A stretch of DNA of 63,900 nucleotides, the filler included, from Octopus bimaculoides (lineage: Eukaryota), in the NCBI RefSeq assembly GCF_001194135.2. It is 8 parts of 7 records of this genome, joined end to end, with 100 filler letters (N's around TTAATTAATTAA, not from the genome) between each part and the next. Parts side by side here need not be neighbours in the genome. Positions count along the whole stretch, not along the records: positions 50,599 to 59,671 come from NC_068981.1; positions 59,772 to 63,900 come from NC_068994.1; 6 more parts are not named here. One strand, written 5' to 3'. Positions 51,362 through 63,900 of this stretch are shown piece after piece. How positions within the stretch are numbered: the first letter of the stretch is position 1; each line of letters starts with the position of its first letter. The notes under the pieces are model-generated. The model made no database searches, had not been told where the DNA came from, and saw nothing but the letters and a program-made list of their open reading frames with translations. Both the position numbers and the translations under genes were made by a program.

Positions 51362-52345
51362 AGGCGGCGAGCTGGCAGAATCGTTAGCACCCCGAGCGAA
51401 ATGCTTAGCGATATTTCGTCTACCGCTACGTTCTGAGTTCAAATTCCACCGAGGTCGATAAATGAAGTACCAGTTACGCACTGGGACGATGTAATCGACT
51501 TAATCCTTTTGTCTGTCCTTATTTGTCCCCTTTATGTTTAGCCCTTTGTGAGTAATAAAGAAATAAGAAACGTTAGCACGCCGGGCAAAATGCTTGGTGG
51601 TATTTCGTCTGTCCTTACGTTCTGAATTCAAATTCCACCGAGGTCAACTTTGCCTTTTCTCCCTTTGGAGTCGATAAATTAAGTACCAGTTGCGTACTGG
51701 AGTCAATCTAATCAACTAGTTCTCTTCCCCCAAAATTTCAGGCCTTGTTCCTAGAGTAGGAGAGAAACGTTAGCACGCCGGGCAAAATGCTTGGTGGTAT
51801 TTCGTCTGTCCTTACGTTCTGAGTTCAAATTCTGCCGAGGTCAACTTTGCCTTTCATCCTTCCGTGACAGATAAAATAAGTACCAGTCTAACACTGGGAT
51901 CGATGTAATCGACTCATCCCCACCTCTCTCGAGCTGCCCTTGAAGCAAAAACAAAAAAAAACATTGAAATAATTATTATATGCTTCAATAAGGCGGCGAG
52001 CTGGCAGAATCCCACGGTTCCGGGTTCAGTCCTACTGCGTGCCAACTTGGGCAAGTGCCTTTTTCTATAGCCTCAGGCCGACCAAAGCTTTCTGAGTGAT
52101 ATGATAGACGGAAACTGAAAGAAGCCCGTCATCTATCTATCTATCTATCTATCTATCAATTTGTGTGTTTGTCCCCTCACCTATTGACAACCGGTGTTGG
52201 TGTGTTTATGTCCCTGTAACTTAGCAGCTCGGCCAAAAGAGTGATAGAATAAGTACCAGGCTTACCAAAAATAAGTCCTGGTGTCAATTTGTTTGACGAA
52301 AATCTTTCAAGGCGATGCTCCAGCATGGCTGCAATCTAATGCCTG
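51362..52345 (+). mobile_element. SINE cluster: three tandem ggcggcgagctggcag-family copies plus a chimeric CORE-type copy
   Basis: Near-identical heads at about 51568 and 51764; family switch at about 52011. Confidence 0.82.
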
Positions 52346-52489
52346 AAACAAATAAACGATAAAAGAAAAGATTGTCTATTTCCCAGTGTTTCTTGCAACG
52401 CATCAGTGGGGTAATTATGGAAGTGGGGCTTTAAGGAATGGTACTTTGGGTCTGTGCAGTGTGTTGTGTAGTTTATGGGGATTTGGGGG

Positions 52490-52720
52490 TGGAAAACTCG
52501 CGGGTTGCCGCGGTGAATGACCCGCTCTGTAGCCACGACATCGCTATGCGTGATCGAAACTGTTGATTGTCTTACCTCACGTTTCGGAGTTTCTTTCTAA
52601 GCGTGACCATTTATTGGTCCAAAGAATCGCATATGCCGAGAAACATCTGAATATCGACTCGACAGAGTTAATCGCCACTCTCGACTATGTTTGAATAAAT
52701 AATCGTGCACGTGATTGAGT
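52490..52720. promoter_or_regulatory. CpG-rich candidate promoter / first-exon region
   Basis: Dense CpGs in non-repeat sequence, CACGTG at 52708, minus-strand CCAAT at 52613-52617, minus-strand donor GAG/gtaag at 52575. Confidence 0.35.
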
Positions 52721-53846
52721 GTGTGTGTGTGTGTATGGGTGTGTGTATGGGCGTGAAAGAGTATAAAATCTTTTGTCATCCTCAGCATTCGTAAACAGAA
52801 GTATGATTGGTTTCACTGACGTACTGAACAAGCAGCTTTGACATTCTGATATAATCTATATCCTTGAGATCAAAGCCAAGGACTTGACATGGCAGCATTA
52901 TAAATTGCAGGACATAAATGAATGTATGTACACAGCAGGAATTTTATGGCATACAGTGGAATATTAGAGCATTAAGGATGTTGCATGTTTTATGTATGAA
53001 CTTCATTTTCTATGCTTTTTTGTTTTGTTCTGCCAATGACTCATTTATTTACTGAAAATACACATTTACTGAGATTTCTTCATAGAAACGCAGAAGAAAA
53101 AAAAAGCAAGTACAACAGCAACAACAATATTCAGCACACAAAGGCAAAACTACTTCGTTAGAAATATCAGTGTGNNNNNNNNNNNNNNNNNNNNNNNNNN
53201 NNNNNNNNNNNNNNNNNNNNNNNNNNNNNNNNNNNNNNNNNNNNNNNNNNNNNNNNNNNNNNNNNNNNNNNNNNNNNNNNNNNNNNNNNNNNNNNNNNNN
53301 NNNNNNNNNNNNNNNNNNNNNNNNNNNNNNNNNNNNNNNNNNNNNNNNNNNNNNNNNNNNNNNNNNNNNNNNNNNNNNNNNNNNNNNNNNNNNNNNNNNN
53401 NNNNNNNNNNNNNNNNNNNNNNNNNNNNNNNNNNNNNNNNNNNNNNNNNNNNNNNNNNNNNNNNNNNNNNNNNNNNNNNNNNNNNNNNNNNNNNNNNNNN
53501 NNNNNNNNNNNNNNNNNNNNNNNNNNNNNNNNNNNNNNNNNNNNNNNNNNNNNNNNNNNNNNNNNNNNNNNNNNNNNNNNNNNNNNNNNNNNNNNNNNNN
53601 NNNNNNNNNNNNNNNNNNNNNNNNNNNNNNNNNNNNNNNNNNNNNNNNNNNNNNNNNNNNNNNNNNNNNNNNNNNNNNNNNNNNNNNNNNNNNNNNNNNN
53701 NNNNNNNNNNNNNNNNNNNNNNNNNNNNNNNNNNNNNNNNNNNNNNNNNNNNNNNNNNNNNNNNNNNNNNNNNNNNNNNNNNNNNNNNNNNNNNNNNNNN
53801 NNNNNNNNNNNNNNNNNNNNNNNNNNNNNNNNNNNNNNNNNNNNNN

Positions 53847-53878
<32 letters not shown>

Positions 53879-56451
53879 GTCAACGTGTGTGTGTGCACGT
53901 GCGTGCGTGCGTATGATATCAAATGTTGCACCGATACAGGAATATTTAGTAGATCATGGCATATATGCTCCATCAAATACAACGTATACTGCTGGTTTAT
54001 TGTTATGCTGAAGGTATGCGGGAACTAGCAATTATGGGAATTATATATTATATGAGCTTTCAACTATCTATGTCCATTAATATTTTAAATGCCATTACAA
54101 AAGGAACGGATTTCGGTCCTGTCACTTCAAAATACACTGCCATATGTTCAGCGGTGAGAGTAAATGGTACTTGACGGACCTGTTTCCAGTCACGCCCTCG
54201 GTTTTACAATGGTGTTTTTATCGTACTATGTGTTTTTGTTTTCGAGATTTAGATTTTGAGTGGAAATCTTTTTGCAAATGGCGGGCATGCAAAAACGTGC
54301 ATTAACCATGAGATGGGTGTGCAATTCAGCTCTTAGAGGCAAAGGCACGCTGGTCAGCACCTGGTATTGCATCAAGGATCTGCTTAATATGTCTGGATCG
54401 GATAGGAATTGGAAAGTTGTTCAAATAGTGTGGTGAGTCATATTCAGATATAAGTCGAGACGAAGTTATAAATATATTTTGTTATATTTCGGGAGGGGCT
54501 TTATGTCAATAATAAAGATGCTCACTGGTTCTATTTCACTTCTTTTTTTTTAATTATTTGTCAAATTGGAGGCGGCGAGGTAGCAAAATCGTTACCATAT
54601 CGGACAAAACGGTTAGCGGTGTTTCGTTCCCCTTTACATTCTGAGTTCAAATTCCACCGAGATCGACTTTGCCTTTCATTTTTTCGGGGTCGATCAAATA
54701 AGAACCAATTGAACATTGAGGTCAATGAAATCAACTTAGCCACTCCCCCGAACTACTCGCTGACATTGTGCCAAAATTTGAGACCATTATTTTACAAATT
54801 GATTAACTATTTAACCAATTGATTAATCGAATATTTGATAAATCATTTGTGTAATCAACCGATCAATCGATCAGTTTTGCTTGTCAAAGTCCTTTCGTCG
54901 CTATTCACGACCTCATCAATAACATGCCTTCTCTTCTTCAGATCAACTTCAGATCTAGCAGAGTTCTGGAGTTCCATACTGGAACGTTTGTTTCTTTGCT
55001 TCTCTAGAAAGGCAAGGGTTCTGATGGATGAAACCAACCATTTACCAAAACCCTCTGCATAGATTCTTACCGTTTTTAATAGGCTTAGGCTGCGGAATCT
55101 ACAGAGATTTCCAGAGACTGAGAAGGTATGTTCATGTCATGTTAGACTTGTCTTTCCGCTTCTTATAACTTTGAAAAGATCCAAACAGATAGATAATCTT
55201 TTCTACGCTAGGCACAAGGCTCGAAATTTTGGGGGAGGGGGCCAGTCGATTAGATCGATCACAGTACGCAACTGGTACTTAATTTATCGACCCCGAAAGG
55301 ATGAAATGCAATGTCTACCTCAGCGGAATTTGAACTCACCAAACAAATTAATTATGGTAACCTAAGGACATACCTACATGCAACTTGCAGAAAATAGTAC
55401 AGCTAAATACTATACGGCTAAGTGCTGCACACATATTCATTGTTTTCTGTTACTTATTTCAGTCATTATATTGCGGCCACGCTGGAGTACAGCTTCGAGG
55501 GGTTTGTCGTCGATGAAGTAGCCCCAGTACTTCGTTACATGTAATAGTTCTCTTATCGGTCGCATTTTCCCTGTATTATCAAGTTACAGGGAGATAAGCA
55601 AACCTACGCCTATTGTTGAGTGTAACGGGGGTACAATCCTGAGTCTAGTGTCATCTCCTTGTTATCTATCAGCCGGACAATGTGGCTGGTGATATGTTAA
55701 CTTTTGCACTCTATAGAAGGTTGATAGTAGGCATGTGCAATGTTGTTCTGATCAACGACGAGGATTAACTAAACATTGTTTTCTGGAGAACTCTCAGGCA
55801 GTGACCTGCTGGACGGTGGTTATGACGAAAGAGGTTGAATGATAAGCGACGTTGGAAGGACTGGAAGACAGAATCACTTTTCTCCGAGTAAGTCCTTATC
55901 CATAATTTAAATGACATCGTAATGAAGAACGACATGGTAGAGAAAGGTTCTGCCTTTCAGAAAATGTTCTTAAAGCTGGTTTGAGTACTGGCCATGGTGC
56001 TAGTGAATAATGTTGTTCTCAATATGTGTCAGTAGTTGCAGATGAAACGCTTTGAGAGACACTTGTGTTTCAAGCAGTGCAGTTCAGATTGCCCCTAAAT
56101 AATTGACCCTTTATTTGAAACCTTTATAAAAATATTTAATTTTATTCTGTTTGTTTTATTGTTAGATTTTATGCTGTTTCGTAATTTAATTTTGTAATAA
56201 CCTATCAACTATCGTTCGTGTGACAATGAACGAACACATTTTTTATTACAGTACCCCTGTTTTAACTGTGTACAAAACCAAACACAGTTCTATGCGCCAT
56301 GGGTACTTCACGTTTTGACTTGTTTTGGTGTATCATATTCTATAATCTTCCACGAAATGTGTTTGTGGCATCTGTTTGTACTATTTTGCATGTGTTACAT
56401 ATTTGTATAAGTCCTATTTGTCTCGACAATTTAAAATAATTACCAAGACAG

Positions 56452-56516
56452 TTCTACGGGCATATGGCGTAGTGGTTAAGAGCGCGGGCTACTAACCACA
56501 AGATTCCGAGCAGTGA

Positions 56517-56569
<53 letters not shown>

Positions 56570-56710
56570 GCGAAAAATACCTTAGGAATGAGAACCCAGG
56601 TTCGAAATTTCCTCAAGACACCCAATGAAGGCTGAAGGGTATACCAACCGAAACATTGTGTTAACAACAGACAAGATGAGGACAAATGTCCGTCAAATGT
56701 AAATAATGTA
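56452..56710 (+). mobile_element. tRNA-headed SINE with (AAT)n spacer and Penelope-like tail carrying a degenerate minimal hammerhead
   Basis: A-box tggcgtagtggtt; hammerhead-shaped segment at 56618-56661. Confidence 0.65.
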
Positions 56711-56959
56711 AATTCCCAAGACATCTGTTATCATCGAAATATTTCCGTTTACAAGTCCCAACGTTCCTATTATTTCTACCTCCAGATATTTATATGGGAA
56801 TAATTTAAATATTTCCTCTAGTGATACATGAACGTCCATTGACACTGACATATCCACTAGAAGTCCCGATTTTTTCTGGTGGTCCCTAACAGCAATATCT
56901 AGTCCATTTTTTATGCTTGACATAATCTAGTTTATACTTTTATAAATAGCTCTTTACTA

Positions 56960-57356
56960 CTGGAGTGGCTGTGTGGTAAGTAGCTTGCTTACCAACCACG
57001 TGGTTCCAGGTTCAGTCCCACTGCGTGGCACCTTGGGCAAGTGTCTTCTAATATAGCCTCGGGCCGACAAAAGCCTTGTGAGTGGATTTGGTAGACGGAA
57101 ACTGAAAGAAGTCTGTCGTATATATGTATATGTATATATATGTGTGTTTGTTTGAATGTCTGTATTTGTCCTCCCCAACATCGCTTGACAACCGATTGTG
57201 GTGTGCTTACGTCCCCGTAACCTAGCGGTTCAGCAAAATAGACCGATAGAATAAATACTAGGCTTACAAAGAATAAGTCCTGGGGTCGATTTGCTCGACT
57301 AAAGGTGGTGCTCCAGCATGGCCGCAGTCAAATGACTGAAACAAGTAAAAGAGTAA
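56960..57356 (+). mobile_element. Full-length CORE-type tRNA-derived SINE
   Basis: tRNA-like head, CORE-like segment, central microsatellite, tail ggtgctccagcatggccgcagtcaaatgactgaaacaagtaaaagagtaa. CpGs intact. Confidence 0.88.
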
Positions 57357-58003
57357 ATGACCGCTTAAAGACAGAGAGGAACACATCACCATTGAAAGTA
57401 ACCAGTTAGATTCTTATTCCAAGCTGCAGAGACTCTTTGCGTGTAACCACGAGTTCTAATTTTACGGTGAGGCTAAATACACGATTATCGAATGCATTGG
57501 TATAACTCTGCCTATCTATTTGTAAATATTGGTAGTCTATTTCCGCAGAGCGTTTATCAATCTTGAAAATTCAAATGCATCATTTCGAAGACGTACATAA
57601 TTCTTTTTTTTTTTGTAAAAATGGAAATTCTTCAGGTATTTCTTACAACAACAACAACAACAACAACAAAACAGCAGCAGCAGCAGTAGCAGTGATAATA
57701 ACAACAACAAAAATGAGACTAATATTAGTTAATCATGATGATGATGTGATAATATCTTTTATTGGCTTCAAGGTTCCAAGGTATTGGGAAAAGTACAAAA
57801 GAGAAAATAGGCAGAAAGAAGAGAAACAAACTGCAAATAACAACAACAACAACAGCAGCAACAAAAAACAAACAAACAAACAGAGGCGGATTTACATCGA
57901 GTAGAATGATGAGGATTAGAATTAACAATGAGGACACGTTTAGAAAGAGATAATAGTAAAATAATTACATAATAATAATAGCAATAATTCAATAATAATA
58001 ATG

Positions 58004-58043
<40 letters not shown>

Positions 58044-59024
58044 GGAATCATAAATAATAACAATAGTAACAACAACAATAATAATATTGTTAATAATAAT
58101 AATGATAATAATGATAATGATAATCAGCAACAATAATACACGTAACACAGCTCAGAGAATGTTGCGCACATAATTATGCTTCAACATCTAAATACAGAAG
58201 ACAAACCAAACAAGAAAGACAAAATACAATTACCAGCCAATTAAAACAACACAAATGACATTGCACATATTCTACTAAACAAACTGAAATAACAATGAAA
58301 TAACGAAATGAATACTATAATCCAATAAAATAAGAGTTTGCGAAGGAAAAAAGCAAAATACAGCCATCTTTCAGAAGTAAAATCATGTTACACGCGACTC
58401 AGGTTGATGCAGCTGCCTGCGCAGTAGAAGCTCACACGAAACTCTGCTGCAGTTGTTGATGATGATGATGATGAAAATGATGATGATGATAAAAATGACG
58501 ATGATGATGATGATGATGATGGTGATGATGACGGTTTGATAAAGCTATTGGTTTCAAACGTTGGCACAAGGCTAGCAATTTCGGAGGAAGTGATAAGTCG
58601 ATTACGTCGACCCCCCAGTGTTCAGCTGCTACTTCTTTTATCGATTCCAAAATGATTTAAACGCAAAGTCGATAAGAATAATAACGATTTCTAAAGGGCA
58701 AATGATTGTAAATTTGAGGGGCGTGTACGAGTCGATGTCAACCAGTCCAGTACTTTAATGATATTTTATCTAATCGACCTTGAAAGTATAAAAGGTAAAG
58801 TTGACACGGGCTAGATTTGAACCCAGATCGTATAGTGTCGGAAGAGATACTGCTAAGCATTTCATCGGATCTCATTCGCTAACGACTCCGTCAACTCACT
58901 ACCTCGGCTTTACTTAGAACTGCACGCATATTGCTTAAGTACTGTCTGTCTGAAGGCCTTGTTGTAACTTGACAAACAGTACAAACCCCAGTAGACACAA
59001 TATCTTCAATCAACAACATCAAGA

Positions 59025-59671
59025 TGTGAAACCTATGTCATATTACCAGCCAATGTATACCACTAGCCCAGAAGGAATATAAGAGGCGCCACGACAATAT
59101 AGTCAGGCTTGTCCATTGGACACTTTGCAACAAGTATGGACTTGACAGAGCAAAAAATTGGTATGACCACAAACCCGAAGCCATCATGGAAAATGATAAT
59201 GCAAAGATTCTGTGGGATTTTATGATTCAGTGTGACCATGTGATAGAGAATAGGAAGCCGGACATAATCTTAATTGAGAAAGAAAGCAAACTGTGCTGGA
59301 TCATAGATATAGCATGCCCAGCTGACAACAAGGTATGCGATAAGGAACAAAGAAAAGTCGATTGATATGATAGGTTAGCTTAGGAGGTAAAGTAGTTGTG
59401 GTCGACGAAAAACGTGGTAGTAGTTCCAATAATTCTCGGAGCACTGGAACAGTGAGTAAAAATCTTGAGAAGTACATGGAACAAATAGGGGCTGCAATAA
59501 GAGTGGAGCACTTGCAGAAAACAGCACTGCTTGGAACCGCTCGAATACTCCGGAAGGTGCTCGAAAAATAAGGGATGTTACCTTAGTTCACTGGTAGTGA
59601 ACAGCTGACACCGTAGTAAATCTCCAGCGTTAGAAGATGTGCAAAGATAATAATAATAATAATAATAATAA
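59025..59671 (+). mobile_element. 5'-truncated R4/Dong-like RLE retrotransposon with (TAA)n tail
   Basis: LAQKEYKRRHDNIV, KILWDFMIQCDHVIENRKPDI, IIDIACPAD, VVPIILGAL, LQKTALLGTARILRKVLEK* (stop 59569-59571), then (ata)n. Confidence 0.92.
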
Positions 59672-59771
59672 NNNNNNNNNNNNNNNNNNNNNNNNNNNNN
59701 NNNNNNNNNNNNNNNTTAATTAATTAANNNNNNNNNNNNNNNNNNNNNNNNNNNNNNNNNNNNNNNNNNNN

Positions 59772-60040
59772 TAAGAGGGGGCTGAGGACGGAACCTTGGT
59801 GGACCCCTACCTCTACCCGGAATTCATTGCTGTACTCATTTCCAACCCTCACCTTACTGGCAGCATCTCTGTACATGGCTCGCACAGCTCTCACTAACCA
59901 TTTTTCTATCCCAAGTTTCCTCATTGACCACCAGATAAGGGATCGGGGGACCCTGTCAAAGGCTTTCTCCATGTCAACGAAAGCCAGGTACAGAGGTTTA
60001 TCCTTAGCTAGGTATTTCTCCTGCAACTGTCTCACTAAAT
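59772..60040 (-). mobile_element. RTE-clade LINE RT fragment, uninterrupted
   Basis: QLQEKYLAKDKPLYLAFVDMEKAFDRVPR...GVHQGSVLSPLL. Confidence 0.92.
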
Positions 60041-60340
60041 GAATTTATTGTGTATAGTGCTGCTCAGATAGCTGACAAAGTTCTTGCTGAGTGATGCCAA
60101 GACACCCTCAGCCTTCTTGACAATTTTAGAGATGTGCTTTGTCCAGTGCAAATCACTGCCGACAGTAATGCCCAGGTCACATTCACAAGAAGACTTCTTG
60201 ATATTAGTGTTGTGGAGAGAGCGTGTGGATGCTGGATTTTTCCTCCCAAAATGCATGGTGGTACACTTGTCCACAGCCAGCTTGAGTTGCCAGTCCATGA
60301 TCCATTGTTGCATTGTGCTCAGGATCTGTCCTTTTTATCT
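60041..60340 (-). mobile_element. CR1/L2-type LINE RT C-terminal fragment
   Basis: QQWIMDWQLKLAVDKCTTMHFGRKN...ECDLGITVGSDLHWTKHISKIVKKA. Confidence 0.85.
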
Positions 60341-61208
60341 CAGTTCAACAATATAAAATACAAAAGATTTAACAATATGAAATATAGTTTAAGGTGGTAC
60401 TCCAGCATGGCTGCAGTCAAATGACTGAAACAAGTAAATAAATGAATAAAAGATATGAATTATAAAAGGTTCGTCTTGTTCAAAATAGTAGAATTTTATC
60501 CACCTAAATTCCTCTGCCTGAAAGCCTCAAATTTATGTAAACATTTACTATTTCAAGTGACGCTGATATCAAGATTTTAAGGAATGCCATCAAGACTTGA
60601 TCCTTGGCCACCTTTAACTGAGACCACTTTGTTCTGAGTATTCAGACTATACCCACAGTTCACACTCCCAACCACATTTTTTCATCAGGCATTAACCCAA
60701 ATATGTTTAGACTGGACATAAGCAGTGTCAGTCAAACCAGTCTGAGAGCATAGCTTAAAAAAAAAAAAGAAAGCCTTTATCTATTTCTTTGACTGACCTA
60801 TAAAAACAAATGTACAAGGATCAACTAAATCAATTATATACTACTCTTATATGTCAACAGCTTTGTATCAATACCTTGACTCCCATAATCAATAACTATA
60901 GCTTACTTCCCATAACCAATAACCTAAGATAGGTTTTTATTCAGATTATCAGAAAAGCCATTTCTATTCATCTTTTCAAATATATAATACTGTACCAAGG
61001 ACTTTCGATTTTTAATTTTCTTATATGTGTGTGTACATGTGTCTGTATGTAACATTGTATCCAAAAGGTTTTATAACCTATTTACACACTATTACTTATA
61101 GCTTTCTGCTTTGAGTCCAACCATTGAAAACAAATTATTTCACACTCTCTCAAGGTTTCTAAATTCTTATGGTGACAGCAACATACATACATACATATAT
61201 ATTATGTA

Positions 61209-61264
<56 letters not shown>

Positions 61265-61767
61265 CATACACACACATGCAGACATACATAAATACATATT
61301 AATATATGTACATGTACATATGTTAGTTATATCAATATCAACAATACAGCAAACAGTTTAGTAGCTATATGAATATACAATAATAGACAGGAATGTGCTC
61401 TGTTATATAAACATGAAACAATACTACACATGTTTTACTAATTATGTGACAATACAAGGTCTACATGCAAGAAAAGTATCGTTGTTAAGAGGTCTTTGAC
61501 TCATTATGATAACTATGATATGAAGAGGTGTTTGGTGTGGTATTTGTGTAATATTCGTTATCACACAATGCTTCTTTGTGATTTAGCACTTGAATAGTCA
61601 CGCAATCACTTAGATTTTGGCCCATTCAGGAAGGCAGTATCAGAATTCAAACATCTATTGTGGAAATATAGAAGATGTAATTATTCTCTTATCATGTAAT
61701 TTCAAATCTGGATTTAACTAATTTTTTATCAAGTGTATAGTTTTGAATATTACATGTGATTTTTATC

Positions 61768-61890
61768 TCTGCCTTAGCGAAGACGGAGGTATAGTTTCCA
61801 GTCACGTTTGTTTGTTTGTTTGTCTGTGGACAAGATATCTCAAGAACCGCTGGATGGATTCAAATAAGACTTTCAGGGATGTTTAGCCTC
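61768..61890 (-). mobile_element. DINE-1/HINE-like non-autonomous end
   Basis: Terminal hairpin ctctgccttagcgaagacggag, (GTTT)n, gatatctcaagaaccgctggatggatt. Confidence 0.6.
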
Positions 61891-62934
61891 AAAAGACCTG
61901 GAAAGGGTTGTTGGTAGTTCTTTTTCTCCTTTAACTAAGCCCACAAAGAAAGCCTAAATAGTAAACAAAATCCCAAATATCTAGATGTGATAATCTACAC
62001 ACTGGTAAAGTGAATCAAGGCAATGTGTGTATTCAGCCCACAGCATAATGAAACACTTACAATAAACTTGAATTCAGTACCACCTTTGAACAAGTCATTC
62101 AACAGTCCTAAATGCTCAGTCATGTTGCTTCCACAACATAAGGACATATTATAGCAACTCACAAAGATATCATGGAATTAGTTAGTTCAGATCAATTCAC
62201 AATACCAAGGGTTAGGGACAGTTCACACACGTGCACATTGTTAACAAACATACACATGTCTGCACATGCAAGGACATGCATGACATTATCAATAGTGCAT
62301 ACAACCTGCTCTTGTTGTCAGTATATTTTCATTCCTCTGGGATACATGGCAATCTGATCATCAATGGTAGACCAAAGTTGTTGCCTAGCCCTTCAGTGAC
62401 TTCAGCCATATCCACTCAGTTGCAAGCATTCAGACCAGGCTTCCAGTTGAAGATTACTCAACATTTTGATGTACTGCTTCCTACCGCATCTTCCTTGCAT
62501 AGTGTCAGTTTTATTTTCTTTTTTTTTTTTAAGAGAGCAAAAGTAGAAGAAATTCACCAATGGGAGCCCAACACCAGATGTAACAGAAGCCCAGTCCTGT
62601 AAGCAATGAAGTAATGCCTCAGAAAGCTGCTGTCTTTTCAGACACTGGTTTCCAACAAGACATACAGTGATCAAAGAAATGACTTGAGCAAATCGTGGTT
62701 TCTTTCTTCCTTTTCCATACTAGATTTAGAGGTCCAGCGAAGGTTATCAGAAACAATCTTGCTCCTCCCTTGACTGACTATTCGGTGATTAAATCAAATT
62801 CTTCAAATTGTTCAGCAAAGAAACAGTCATAATAATAATGTTCACAAAAGAAAAGCAAAATGACATAAAAAGAAATTTTTGTCCTCATAAGTCAAACAAA
62901 TTGTAAAATATTTTTTTGATAGTATAATTTAACA

Positions 62935-63350
62935 TTGAGACGGTAAGCTGCCAGAATCATTAGCATGCCGAGCAAAATGCTTAGCAGCATTTTTGCCTAC
63001 CTTCACACTCCACTGAGATTGACTTAGTCTTTCATCGTTTTGGGGTGAATAAAGTAAATATCAGTTGAGTACCAGAGTCAATGTAATTCACTTAAACCCT
63101 CCCCCAAACTTGCTGGCCTTGTGCCAAAATCTGAAACCAATATCATGGTTTAATATTAAGGCAGCAAGCTGACAGAGTTGTATTCCGTCCATTTGTGTGT
63201 CAAGTCAAGTCCAAATTCTGCCATGGTCGATTTTGCCTTTCATCCTTTCGGGGTCAATTAAATAAGTACCAGTCAAGCACTGGGGTTGATGTAATAAACT
63301 CACCCCTTTCCTCAAAATTTCAGGCCTTGTGCTTACAGAAGAAAGGAATA
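62935..63350 (+). mobile_element. Two tandem ggcggcgagctggcag-family SINE copies, CpG-decayed
   Basis: Homologous to 51362-51960. Confidence 0.75.
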
Positions 63351-63900
63351 TTATGGTTCATATTTATACTCTTTTCATAAGTATATACTTTTCTCCTTTT
63401 TTTCAGGTTCAAATGTGACACCCTTTTAATACCACTCCCACCTACAAATATTCAAGTTCACAAGTCTCAACATCTGGCCTATAATGGTCAGTGCCAATGC
63501 CCCACTCCCTCAACCATTTAATAAAAGAATTTTAAAAAACCATCTCACTGACTGATGTCTGAAGCAAATCTTAATCATACCTATTCATGACAACTTGTAT
63601 AAACACATCCATATACTATAATACTACAATTTATGATCAGAGAACAAAGACAACAATTAATTTGATCTTCATAAGCTTCAATAACAGATCAAATCTAGTA
63701 TATTTGCACTTGTGTGCGTATGCATATATATATATATATGAATGTATGTAACTGTATGCAGATGCATACATGTTTGTGCATATGGGTATGGGGGGGGGGG
63801 TCCTTTTCTTTCTTCTCTAGGAAGTACTGAATATCTAAATATAATTAAATTAATTCCCACTTTCATAGCATATTACCTACACATATGTGTGTGCACTGTG

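Noticed and set aside
25573-53982. Long ORFs of 200-370 aa made mostly of X
   Set aside because: They span N gaps and carry no sequence information.

Overview
Eukaryotic, AT-rich draft-assembly DNA dense in microsatellites and SINEs. The repeat families look cephalopod, most likely Octopus (inference). Seven identical 100-nt spacers (44 N + TTAATTAATTAA + 44 N) cut the window into eight blocks of about 4-12 kb that may not be truly adjacent. The only confidently identifiable host gene is an internal piece of an otoferlin-like ferlin on the minus strand: five phase-consistent exons at 18973-21797, plus one or two candidate 24-nt microexons at 16917-16998. The rest is mostly decayed mobile DNA: RTE and CR1 LINEs, R4/Dong-like RLE retrotransposons sitting in (TAA)n and (CATA)n microsatellites, Penelope-like pieces with degenerate hammerhead-ribozyme cores, mariner/Tc1, piggyBac and Helitron remnants, and many tRNA-derived SINEs. 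No CRISPR array, rRNA or intact tRNA gene was found. Most ORFs in the supplied track are microsatellite or N-gap artefacts. No demonstrably new biological system is evident. The best leads are the ribozyme-bearing non-autonomous elements, a possibly (CATA)n-targeting RLE element, and splicing/dsRNA features of the otoferlin locus.
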